DNA from: Chlorokybus atmophyticus
Lineage: Eukaryota; Plantae; Mesostigma and Chlorokybus algae
DNA: 64,000 bases
Reading direction: 5' to 3'
Assembly (NCBI GenBank): GCA_009103225.1
Contig: RHPI01003369.1
Coordinates: forward strand, 1,392,017 to 1,456,016
Of the stretch, positions 36,206 to 48,032 are shown in pieces. Under the pieces are notes generated by a model. That model saw nothing but the letters and a program-made list of their open reading frames with translations, had not been told where the DNA came from and did no database searches. Positions within the stretch are counted from its first letter, which is position 1. Every line of letters begins with the position of its first letter. A program made the translations under genes and the position numbers.

Positions 36206-36885
36206 GATGGGAGAGGGAGGCGGTGTGTGAGGGACGTGCGCGTGGGGATGAGCCCGGCAACAGATGTTGCCACCGCTGCTCATCGTGTTGGACTTGCTAA
36301 ATGGTTGGCTTGCTATGTAAGTTGTCTATGCATGTTTAAGATATGGTATGCAGGGCTAGTTGCCTTTAACAGACACATTGAAAAACTCAAAACAAAGTAC
36401 TGCAGGCGCTTTGGCTACATGTGCATAAAAACTAATAGATTGACAACACGACATGGCACACAAGCAATTGCATACATGAGGATGCAAGCACAGAAGCCAG
36501 TATGAACCCATTTTGCCAACTTCCCTTGCAACACTCTCATTCATTGCATCAATAGAGCGGCACACATTCGTACAAATCTTACACGGAACCAAGCATGCAA
36601 AGCAACCATGGAGCAGCTTTAGTGCATCCGTGTATCTGACTGGACAGAATGCATGCAAACAGTGTTGGCAGTAGCAGCACGTATCCAGCCGCCAACCCGC
36701 ACAGTCAACAGCAAAATGCTTCACTGTTACATCCACCACCCCTCGCATTTTCTGTACAACGCATGCATGGGTGACACCCAATGTTGCTGCTGCAACCATG
36801 GGCACCGCCTTGTGCAACCATGTGTGATGCAGAGGTGACAACTTGCTGCGGTAGCCTCACCGCCCCCCACGACTCTCTCGCCCTC

Positions 36886-39800
36886 TCACAAGTCAACACC
36901 ATCAACAACATGGAACGTGCGTGAGCATCCCTGAACTGGCGTGACGCGTCGCGTGAGTACCGCGCACGCGTGGCCGCAGTAGCGCACGCGGTAGGCCGCG
37001 GCGAGCGCGTCTCTCGGCACCTCCCATGTCACGCGCGCCGACGAGAAGCCCGGGAAGGGCTGCTCCCAGCGAAATGTGGTCTCCCAATCCATGTCGTCGG
37101 CCACGCGCACCCACGCGCCTGAAGCGCCTGCTGCTATGAGAGCTGTTGCATGCATGCAGACGGAGGGGATGGTGGAAAGGACACCTGTGCCGTGTCGTGC
37201 TCACCTGGCTCATCGGAGACGGCTGTGCGATCGTTGCCTTGCTGTCCAGGAGACAGCCTCTCCACAAGCACAAATGTCTGCAGCACACATGCATGCCTTT
37301 GGCACCAGCAGCAAGCGCAGCACGAATTGCTACTACTTTGCATTCGTTGTGGTTGAATCAAGTACCGCCGGTTACCTCCGCGTCGTCCCGGTTGCAGCTG
37401 TTGCGTGGGTGCGCGCCCACAAACTCCACCTCCACGCGCTCGCCGCGCACGTACCTGCATGCACACCAATGGCAGTCACCGTCATGCCACGCACCGCAAC
37501 GAACACACTGCGGACAACGCAGGCCACCCCTCCACACCTTTCTCGCGCATTCCGGACGACACTGCCCAACGGCCTCCACGGCAGCGCGACGTCCCCCGCG
37601 ACGGGCGGCATCAGCGACCAGGGCCGAGGCAGGGGCGGGGGCGCTCCCGTGGTGGACGAGCAGGCGGGGGAGCGCATGAGGGTCCTGCGCCAACACGGGA
37701 CACCAGGTGTGTCGTGTGGGTCACAAAGTGCAAGCAGGCCGTGAGTGCAAGCATGTCCGAGGGATACCTGGCGAGAGCTTGGAACTCCTGGCAGTAGGCG
37801 GCCAGCGTGTGTGGACCGTACAGGGTTGACGCGCCCTCATACCTGCCGCCGAAGCTAGTCAGTCCTCACAAAACACGCACGCACGATATCGGGCTTGCGG
37901 ATAACAGTATTACCGCCATCACCTTTGCGCGGCATACTCTTCGGGTGTGGTGCAGTACCCAGAATACTCGTTCGCCAGGCCCGATATCACCACGACAGGG
38001 GGCTTCCTCGGTCGCACACCCTTACCGCGCTCAGCCTCCTCCTCCTGCAAAACACAATTCTCCGAGGTTGATACAGCACTCGGACGAGCACACATTCATC
38101 GCGTAACGTGGCACTGACCTCTTCCTCTTCAATGATTGTGCGTGCGATGGCTTCGCGCAGTCTTCTTCCCGCCATGGTGGTCATTTCACATGGGACGGCC
38201 GCAATGACCAGGTCCGGTCCCACGCGTACCAGCTGCAAAGGCAACACGCGCGGCACCCAATGCGAAAGACTCAGCAGGATAGGCTTGGGCCGCTGGATGC
38301 GCTCCTTCTCACGAGTATCACACACGTCAACGAGTGCGTGTCACGTTGACCACGGGTATGCGGGCGTGTCTCTCGCACCTGGTCTGGGGTGGGAAGTGCG
38401 CGCAGCACGAGGGCGTTGGCAAACCACGAGATGAGGCGTAGGACGGGGTTGCGGCCTTGCGTGTCACCCTGGAAGAAAGGCCAGATGCCAGGACCGTCCG
38501 TCGTGCCTGCACTCACAAAGGTGTTGGGGTTGTGGATGCAGGGCAATGACAGCATGACGTGTGTTGCTCGAACCGCACTCTGCACATCACAACAAGTCAC
38601 ACAGACCTGCCTGCGGCAAAGCTGTACCCGTACGCCGGCAGAGTGGTTCGCCTCTCCCCTTCCTGTGGCATTACACTCTGTACTATCACAACAGGCAACG
38701 CTCACTTTCCCAAATCACTCTACAAACCCCTCTCTTGTTTCTCCCTTTCACCCTCACCGCTCTGTTGTCGTTGTCAACACGCAATGCGGTCATGTCGACC
38801 CATGCGTGCGCCGTGTCGATTGTCCCGCCCCGCAGGTAGCGCGCACCTGAGGACTTGTCTTGGTCGAGCAGCGCTCTGGCCGCGCGGTACTGCCGACCAC
38901 CGATGGCGCACGTGTTGACGAGGCCGTCGTCGCGGGCGTCGGGGAGGACGGGACCCTCGGCAACGCACTCGCTGCAGGCATGCGCATGCCGTCACGCAGA
39001 ATACGTGGATGTGTGCGCGTGTGCGTGAGTGTGCATTCTGAGTGCATGCCAGGAGTGGAGGTCCAACCATGGGGCTCACGTGGGGTTGCAGTTGTTGCCG
39101 CTCCCGTCGCAGGGCGCGTGGCTGCCTCTGCATCTTCCTCCCGCGATGTGGGGAGAGACGTCCCCCTCGTTCGACTGAGCAAACGCCCCCACAAACGCGC
39201 CGTTGCCACGCCTACAGCCAGCAGCGCCGCCATTGTAATCCCTCTCCAGCAGATACGCCGCGTAACCTGCCACAGACCAGGTGTGCAGCGTGATGAGGTT
39301 TGCCATCACAATACCCACACGCACGCACTCGCGCGGCCTGCCTTTGTTGTCTCCAGAGACGAGTGCGTTGGTGTTGCGCATGGACGTGCAGTGCACGGGA
39401 AACCAGCTGAGGCAACCCATCGCCTTGCCATCTGCGTGCATGGGGAATCAGTCACTGTGCACACGCGTGCGTGTGCGTGTGCGTGTACGTGTTCTCGCAC
39501 TCACCTTCGTCCTCTGCCTTGAGCAGGACCATCTCGTCGTCGACATCGCGTGGGTATCGCGCTCGCTCCTGCTGCGGGTTGAGCATGTACGCGGTGGGTG
39601 ATCTGTTGGCGTTGGCGTCCATCACGCGCGCGCAACGCAGCGAGAGCGCGCACCCTGGCACCGCGTTGTCCCGCGCCAGCAGGACGGAGCGCACGATGCC
39701 GTCCACGACGGCGTCGAACGTGTCGCGGCAGAATCCGCGCGTGGTCACGTTGTACAGCGTGTGGTGTGCGTATCCGCCCGGGCTCGCGTGCGTGTGCGTG

Positions 39801-40672
39801 GCGCACAGCAACACGTTGGCATCGGCGTACGGGCTCCCGAGTTTAGCGAGGACGGCGCGCTTGACCCCGCCGAACACCATGCACGCGTCCACCACCACGT
39901 GCACAAGCAAAGGCACCTTGTCGTTGTCATGGTTGTCGTGGTCGGGCTGGATGATGAGGGCGCGGGCGAGAAGGGGGAGGTGCAGGCCGCGCGCGATCTG
40001 GCCGGGCTGCGCGTAACCCATCATGCCCACGCCGCCCACAGGAACGCGCATCACGCTAGCACCCAAGCCAACACGGAACCTGACGAGCACGTGCGCGCGC
40101 ATGAGTGGGTGGGTGCATGTGCGTGTGTGTGTGTGCGTTCGTGCGCATGGGTAAGTGGGTGGCCGTGTGTGCATGCATGCCTGTGCACGTGCGCGCGCAT
40201 GGGTGGGCGTGCGTGCATGCGCACGTGCGTATGCATGAGTGCGCATTTGCATACTGAGAGAGCGCAACTAATGTATGCCGCTTTACAGCTGCCACGCTTG
40301 GTGCATGCACGCACGCAGATGATGTGGGACGCCACAGTCAGCTTCGCATGCAATCCACAGTGCATACGCAGCACCTGCCCCATGAGTGACTCTTGAATTA
40401 AGCATCGGCACGCACAGCACAGCCTGCTTGCCCATGCATGCAGGCTTGAGCGCACAAGTCCCAACAGCCTACCTTCCAATGGGCGCTTCATCCGCCTCAT
40501 CCTCGCCTCGTCCTCCCACACGGCTGCGCCGTGGTATTCCGGCGGCGGCGGCGGGTGTGGGTAGTCGTCGTTGTCGTCGCCGTATGATGCCTGGCCACCA
40601 GCGACCACGACGCCATCGGCCGCCGCTCATGCTGGAGCCCACGGCACTGGCGTGGGCGGCGGCGCCATGCAT
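36886..40672 (-). CDS. NCER: Neutral/alkaline non-lysosomal ceramidase, multi-exon
   Basis: Motifs MMGYAQ, ATHTHASPGGY, NRSPTAY, FPVHCTSM, GDVSP, GYSFAAGTTDGPG, VPCEMTTMAGRR, GLANEYSGY, YEGASTLYGPH and a C-terminal Ig-like domain. Exon 1 is 40672-40473 and exon 2 is 40079-39505. The start codon could instead be 40630. Confidence 0.93.
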
Positions 40673-41189
40673 CCTATCGTCTCTGTGGAACAACAGGTGC
40701 TTGGTCTAGTCCAGTATCTATCGCACAGGCAACGCGCCGCAAGCAACCTCTGTGAGAGACATCGCCAGCACAGACCAGACTGGGCTGCCGGCCGGAACGC
40801 ACTGCACCAGCCTGGGCGCAATGAGACGGCGGAGATGCCCGTTTGTGTGGATCGATCAATCTTGCACTAGTCCTCGCCTTCATCATGTCTTCCAAATTGA
40901 TTAGACTCGAGTGCAGGCAGCAGTATATACCCCACTGCATGCATTGGGGGGCGTTTTACATAGAAAGTGTGCATTTCATAAATAGATAGAATCCAAAGTG
41001 GGTTGCGTTGAATGATTGGTTTGATGATTTTAACAACTAACCAGCGCCCTTGTCGGCAGGTGATGGTAACTGCGTGTACATGTATGCTCTTGCGTATAGC
41101 GGGATGCACGGCACAGGTGGGACTGCACGCTTGTTGGTAGGTACTCTTGTACAACCGATCCTGATGCGTGACTCATTGTGTTTGCTCTG

Positions 41190-41266
41190 GATGCACACCA
41201 CAATGTTGTGCTTCTCCAACTTCAGGTGTTGTACATCTCCATTGTTCAAACGGATGCTGTATCAGG
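41190..41266 (-). pseudogene. Second exon of a Tudor-domain pseudogene (3' of the CACTA insertion)
   Basis: Acceptor GGCAG| at 41267. Translates (A)*YSIRLNNGDVQHLKLEKHNIV, in phase with the exon ending at 53569. Confidence 0.7.
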
Positions 41267-41508
41267 CTGCCATCACACATTGAGTTAAGGAACGTCTATC
41301 ACACGGCGCCTGCAGCAGAATCCGTTCTCGGCACAAGCCAGTTGTGCCGTCAGCGGCACCTGCCTTCGAGTTATGCGAGCAGTTCTTCTCCCAAGACGGC
41401 ACAAGTCGCTTTGTGCCGGCAGAGGATCGTAAGTCACCATCTGTCAGCCGGCACAAGCTGGTTACTGCCGCTGACGGGGCAAACTGCGTTGGGCCGACCT
41501 TGGCACAG

Positions 41509-41768
41509 CAGTACTTCTAACGTCTTCGGCACAGCAGCGCTTCTGCCGTCTTCGGCACAGCTGCGACCCCACCGTCTTCGACATAGCTGCGCTTATGCCG
41601 TCTTCGGCACAATAGCACTTCTGCCGACTTCGGCACAGCAGCGATCCTACCGTCTTTGGCACAGCAACGATCCTGCCGCTTTTGGCACAATATCACTTCT
41701 GTCGACTTCGGCACAGCAGCGCTTCTGCCGTCTTCGGCACAGTAGCACTTCTGCCGACGTCGGCACAG
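41509..41768 (+). repeat. Subterminal tandem array: 10 x 26 bp (consensus CAGCGCTTCTGCCGTCTTCGGCACAG)
   Basis: Ten head-to-tail units, each with an internal TGCCG-N4-CGGCA palindrome. No spacers. Confidence 0.92.
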
Positions 41769-42489
41769 CAGCAGCAGCAGTCGTGCCATTGATGGCACAC
41801 CTCCAGGTGTGTCGACCTCGGTGGACCAGCAGTCATGCCGATAACGGCTCAGCCATCTTTATTCCACAATTAGCAGCACAATATAGCAGGCATATGCAGG
41901 CAAATTGCAGGCAGTTTTCCTGGTAAAGAAATCTTAACCTCGTATGGAAGTTACATTGTACCATGTACTCTTAACTACTACTAGAATAGGCTCCAATTGT
42001 TTGCAAGAAGCTAACTGCTACCAGGAAGCTAACTGCTGGTAGCAAGCTAAACTGCTAACAAGAAGTCAGACGTTTAGCAGAAAGCTAGACTGGCGGCTGC
42101 AAGGAAACTGCATGAAAGCTAGACTGGTTGCTGCAAGAAAGATGAGCGAAGGTCTTCAGCTTGGTACCCAATTATGGACCGGGTTGGCGCTTGGCTTGAC
42201 TATTCCAGTGCCAGCCATAGCGTGCTTCTCTAGAGTCATCCTGTACCAGCCAGCGCTTGTTGACTGCAAATGTAACAAGCATGAGACCGATCTGCGAGTC
42301 AGTGAACTTTGCAAGCAGATGGTCCTCCTTCGGCAGCCTCCCAATCTGCGTCCCGTATGTCCCCCTCCAGGAAGTGTACACCTCCAGCAAGCTCTCGCGG
42401 TTGGGAACATTGGCGCAAAAGGTATTGCAGCAGATGCCAGCCAAGTGCATGAGGTGGTCAGAGCAACGATTGATTTGCAAGCAAGAATT

Positions 42490-44563
42490 GTTACAAGTGT
42501 GCATCATGCAAGCATGCTGCACACGTTACAACCCACTGCAACGTTCTTACCCTCTGATTGATGTCATGCTGGTCTTCTGGATGCACACGCTTGTCAACCA
42601 CGAGCGCGCGCACGCATCTTGGGGTGACTTCTGCAATGCAGTCGCCTGAAGAGCAGTCTGAGCAAGGGCAGACTGCAGACGGGGCTACCAAGGATGCAGG
42701 CCAAGCACAACTGCGTCCCTGCATCATTCAAGCAGCCGCATTGCATGTCACGCATATAATCTTCCTTGCAGTTACGCTTGCAATGTGCTGTGCCGCAGCA
42801 CACACTCTACTACGCTCACCAAGATATTGCTACACAAGTGCTCGTCCCCGGTCAGCTGGCCAGCATACCCGTCCGTGTCACGTACTGGCATGTAGACGCG
42901 TTGATCACCGATACCCTTGGCGTTGTACCACTCCAGCACCTTCACTTTGTAGCTGCGCCAAGGAGTCTCTTGCTCAAGCACCTCCAGTACTTGACCGCGC
43001 CCAACAGCCACAACCCTGCGGCTGCTGCTGCCGCTGGTGCTTGCAGCATCTCCTGCGGGTCTGCAGCACCACCCGGTTTAAATTCTTACGAGTGCGAGTG
43101 CAAAGCCTTGTGCAAGAGGATAAATGGCGTACCTGAAAGCCACCCAGTCCTCACGCAGCTGCGCTTGAGAAGGCGGCTCAGCAGTCAACAAGGCAAGCAG
43201 CACAGCATTTTGGCTGGAGGGAAAGTCTGCAACGGTGAAATGTGGGCCAAGCCCGTAGTCTGTGCGCGAGCGGCGTGGAGCTGGCTCCTCTGCGTCAGCG
43301 CGCTTCTCAGCGCGTGCAGCGCGCATCTTCTCCTTGCGCTGCTCACGGGTGAAGCCTACCGTTTCACCTGGCGTTAATGGATGGCCCCGTCTTGCATTAT
43401 CCACAAACCGGCGGATTTGCTTACAAATCCAATCTGCAAACAAGAGGCAGTGAGCAGTCATTTTGCAGGAAGCACAAGTCATCTGGCAGGTGGCATATAG
43501 ACGCACATGCACATAGGCAGACGCAGATTACTTACTTGCAGGCCAGCGCAATGTCTGTCCGTTGATCTCCAGCAGAGTGTGATTCTGCATTACATCCGCC
43601 ACCACCTCCTCCCTCATGTCATAATCTGGGCCGGCCCGATTGAAGCTTTTGCCAACACAGTGGTCTGGGAACTTGGCCCACAGCTTCTCCTTTACAAGCT
43701 TGCGGTTGTCCTCCTGTATTCTCCACTGTGTCTCGTCCTTCTTCTTCAAGTAAGCTTGCCCATTTTGCTCTAGTCCCCTAGGCTTGTCAGCGACAGGGGC
43801 AAAGCACTTTTCCTCCAGCTTTGCCTTTTTGACTGCCTCTGACTCGTCTTCGCAGTTAACTTCATCAACAGCTCTTGCGCACAAGGCCAACAGTCAGCGC
43901 ATGGCACTTGCAAAAGAGAGCAAAGCAAGCAGAGCTTTAGCCAAGCTGCAACTTCAGCTATGTTGCAGTTGCGGCTTGGCTAACGCTGTTGCTTGACTGA
44001 AGCTGCAGACCGAAGCGTACAAAATACAGCAAGTAGAGCTTCACCCAACCTACCACTTCAGCTAAACTGCAGCTGCGGCTTGGCTGAGGCTCTGCTTGGC
44101 AGAAAGCTGATATGCAGCTTTTACTCAAGCTGCAGCTTTAGCCAAGCCGCAGGTTCAATTAAGTTGTAATTTCAGCTTGACTGAAGCTGCATACCAATGA
44201 GCAAGCAGAGCTTCAGCTGCAGGAGCAATAAAGTTGCACCAGCAGCTTGGCAGCAGACTAGTTGAAAGCAAGCACACCTGTGTCCCCAGGTTGTGCTCCC
44301 GCCTCGTCTTGCTCCTCTTCATCTTCAGCTTGCAACCTCGGCTCATCCCTGTTCAACTTCTGCACGTCTTCAAGGATCCGCGAAGCAATGCTCAGCCTAG
44401 GTGTGATCTGTGCAAGAATTTCTGCTGAGAGGCTGTAGTAAGCTTCTCCAGCAATCTCTTCCTCCTTGAAATTCTCCGCTATTGCTTGTGCACTTGGAAC
44501 CCCTCTCAACAATTTAACTACCCGTTTGGAGATAAGCTCAACGCTCATTCTATACACTGACAT
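42490..44563 (-). CDS. TnpA-like second gene of the CACTA element: N-terminal SAM-like domain, C-terminal TNP1/Transposase_23-like domain; multi-exon, partly resolved
   Basis: Exon 1 (44563-44278) reads ...NFKEEEIAGEAYYSLSAEILAQITPRLSIASRILEDVQKL. Later exons join in phase (WPA|NWICKQ, WVAFR|PAG). C-terminus VAVGRGQVLEV...YKVKV...LYMP-like...NILW pattern. The exon 1-2 junction is not resolved. Confidence 0.65.
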
Positions 44564-44961
44564 TGTGCTTGAGAGCAGCACACAACCTTGCAGCTTGATA
44601 GCAGCTAGAAACAGCTTCTAGCACCGCAACCTAGCAAGTAGGCCCGGAAACGCCAAGACGCAAAACAGTCAACCACCGATTTCACTCTCGCCACCACCTT
44701 CACTACCGCCACCTCCGCCGCCGCCACCGCTGTCGCCGAAGCACTGCGGACAGCTGTGCTTCTTCGGAGTCTTACTGCGCAGAAGTCAGCTGCGCACAAG
44801 TTAGGGTAGGGTTAGAGTTAGGGTTAGGATTCCTGAGTAATAAATAGCCACAGCAGCATACATAGGACATACAACAGCTATTCCTGTGTGTGGCGGCGGC
44901 GTGCTTGGTGGCCTCGGTTTGCGAAGCGTTGAGCTGTTGCAGCATATTGAGCATAGCAAGC

Positions 44962-47700
44962 ATGAAGGGCAAGGCAGAGGCTAGTGCATACTGGCAGTCT
45001 GGTGCAGAGCAGCCTTGGCGCTGCAATTATTGTCAAGTCTTGTTGCAGAGGTCCGTTGTCAGCAAGGTCAAGCAGCACATTGGCTCCCTCACCTGCACTA
45101 AGATTCGTGTGTGGGCCCTGAACAGTTTGAGAAACTGCCAGGAGCAACGCCCAAGGAGAAGCTCCCTCACGGCTCCGAGTTGCAGCAGCTCACCGACCAT
45201 GTTGTGCAGCAGATAAAGGTGAGCTTGCTTGGTTCATGCTTACATAGTTGCATTTTTGCGTGTTTTATTGTCTGTTTCCAAGCTGCTATCTGTATGTATG
45301 CTGCTGCTGTAGGTATGCTGCTGCTAGCTGTATGTATCTCTGTCTGTGTATGCATCTCTGTCTGTTTATGTATCTTTAAAGCTGAAGTAACTACTCATAT
45401 AGGACGGTGAGCACTTGGCAAAACCGGAAGATTGGGGACCTAGCGGCCCCCCCGAAGGTTGGAAGCTGGAGAAGACTTCAACCGGGCACAAATGGGTGTA
45501 CACGCATCCTCCCAATCCAGCTGCGTCAGAGCAGAAGGACAAGGGGAAGGAGGAGGAGCAGGAGGAGGAGCAAGAGGTGTCGGATGAGGAGGAATTGGAG
45601 GAGGAGGAACCACCAGCAGCTGAGACCTCAGCAAAAAAGCCAAGACAAGCATCATCCTCCAAGAAGAACGGCCAACCTTCAGTTCCACAAACGCCAGCAA
45701 AGTCTACCAAAGCAACGCGGTCTGGAAGTGTAAGCAAGCAGCTACATGCAGCCAAGCTTGTGGATGTAGGGTCTGACGGATGCACACTAACTGACTGAAT
45801 GCATCTGCCCTGCAGGCGCATGTCAAGCCCACTAAACTGGCACACCTTACCTGGGACATGGTGCTGGCCACCGAGGAGCTTGTGGACAACTTAAACGAGG
45901 TAAGTCCACAACCCGGTCTTGATTGCTTCAGTTTGCGCTTCATTGGTGCACATTTACGAATGGCACAGGGTGTCATGAAGATGTCTTTAGTGTCTAAACG
46001 CGTGGAGAGAATGCTAGACCTTGCAGCTGAGGAAAAACAGAACTTGCAACAATTGCGGAACACCATCCAAACGGAGAGATCACACTCGCTGACTGTTCTT
46101 GACAACATAAATTCTTGTCGTGAAATCTTGAAGACTGAAAGAAAACAGCTAGACTTGGACAAGGTCTTTGGTGTGTTTACTCTTTGTGCATTCTGCAGGG
46201 GATACACTGACTGGTACACTCACCTTGACTTGTATGTGCTTGCAGGCAGCAGCCAAGGCTTTTTTTAAGGAAGCTGCCTGAAGCACAAGGAGCTGCGCAC
46301 TGCACGCGAAAAGCTGGAGAAAGAGCGCAAGGTGCTAGAGGACAGATTACGCAAAGAGGCAAACACTCCCTCAGCTCTGCTGCGCGAGACCCATAACACC
46401 GTAAAGATCAACGAGCAGCACCTCTTGAAGATCAGGCGTATGCTGGTGGGTGGTCTTCAACAAGCTTCAACAAGTAGCTTCCATTCTCTGCCGGGACCCG
46501 AGGCAATGGAGGTGGAGGCGAGGAGCCAGCAGGAGCTGGAGGAGGAGAGGAGGAGGCAGGAGGAGGAGGCAGAAAGGAAGAGGCAGGAGGAGGAGGAGGA
46601 GGAGGAGGAGAGGAAGAAGAAGGAGGAGGAGTAGAGGAAGAGACAGGAGGCGGTCGCACGGCTACAACAGGAGGCTGCGCGCTTAGGATTCGTCTTGAAG
46701 ACGCCGGAGGATGAAGAGGAAGAAAAGGAGTAGCAGGCGGAGGAGCGGAAGAGGAGGCTGGAGGAGGAGACGAGAAAGAGGAGGGAGCATGAGGAGAAAA
46801 AAAGGAGGGAGGAGGCGTGGTTACGGCTACAGCAGGAGGCTGCGCTATTAGGGGTGACCGTGGCCCCACAGCCTTCAGATTCTGCTGCGGGGACCTCACA
46901 GCCTTCACCTTCCGCTACTTTAACTGAGTCGGAAGAACAAGAGCAGGAAGAACAAGCTTCCAGTGACGAGGACGAGGAGAAAGAACCCGCTCCCGCTGCC
47001 ATGACAGCTCCCGCTCCCGCTGCCACGACAGCTCCTGCTCGTAAGTTTTTATCAATGAATATGTGAGACTGCAGGAGAGACTGAAGGAGAGACTGAGCTT
47101 GTTTATGTGTGTTAGCAAAAGAAAGAATTCGAATTCCAAGAACACTTGGAGGGTAGGTCCGGTAAGATTAGCTCAAAAGATGGAGATTACCTGCTTGTGA
47201 GCTTGTGAAAGGTGATCGGTTGCTGTGGTTGCAGAAGCCGGCGAGGATGAGGAGCAGGAGGAGGAGGAGGTGCTGGGGGTTCCCCCGGGAAACGCATTCC
47301 TCGCGCTAGAGGAGTATCTGGCGCAGCAGCAGCTGCAGCAGCAGCAGCAGATAGTGCCAGCACCCCCACAAAACCCAGTTCACGACATTGACCTCATGAG
47401 TCAAATGTCAGATTTGCAACAGAGGTATCAGGAGCGTGTCAGGCAGGTCAGGACGCTGCAGGCCTGGCGGAGCAACATGTTGGAGTTAGTCAGGGAACAG
47501 GTAGAGGAGCGTGATAGGCAAATCAGGAGGTACAGGGCACAGCTTCAAGAGCGCGAGACAGAGATCACAGCTTACCGCGCACAGCTCAACAGGTTGCGTG
47601 TCTCCAACCTACGTTGTGCCTTAAGCATTGGAAGCAGTTCCAATGCCTTCTTCACCTCTCATTGCTATTCCCGCTCTGCTGCCTGGAGGTAGAGGAGCCA
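44962..47700 (+). pseudogene. Antisense multi-exon gene inside the CACTA element: BED-finger-like N-terminus, WW/MBD-like motif, long E/K/R coiled coil; frameshifts and in-frame TAGs
   Basis: Phase-0 GT-AG junctions at 45218/45403, 45729/45815 and 45899/45969. YW...WRCNYC...KVKQHI; PPEGWKLEKTSTGHKWVYTHP; TAG stops at 46632 and about 46731. Confidence 0.65.
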
Positions 47701-48032
47701 TGCCTTTGCCTGTGATTCCCGAGGACACTACACCTCCAGCTGCTCGTCCTGCTCTGCTGCCTTCTGCTCCACGTAAACATGGGCACAGAGGTAGAGGTAG
47801 GGGCTTCTCGCTGGTCATGCATGGATCTTCAGCAGAGTCCACTGGCGGACAAGAAGCTGAACCTCCAACGAGACGACGAGGTGGTCCTCCACGCTGCAAC
47901 ACGCACTAATTTGGTGATAGTTTTGTGTAGATTGCGTGGCTTAGGAGCGACTTGGCGTGATGCTGCTGTACATATATACAAGCCCTTTTCTGCTTAATAC
48001 CAGACTGCATGCCAAGGCACAGCTCACCTTAA

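Noticed and set aside
41509-41768. CRISPR-like array of palindromic repeats
   Set aside because: Units are head-to-tail with no unique spacers, there are no cas genes, the context is eukaryotic, and the array lies just inside a CACTA TIR.
46432-47026. Long Pro/Ser-rich minus-strand ORFs (also many antisense ORFs over the host genes and poly-G/poly-P ORFs at 3610-3990)
   Set aside because: Shadows of purine-rich repeats, GC-rich exons or the homopolymer; no independent evidence.
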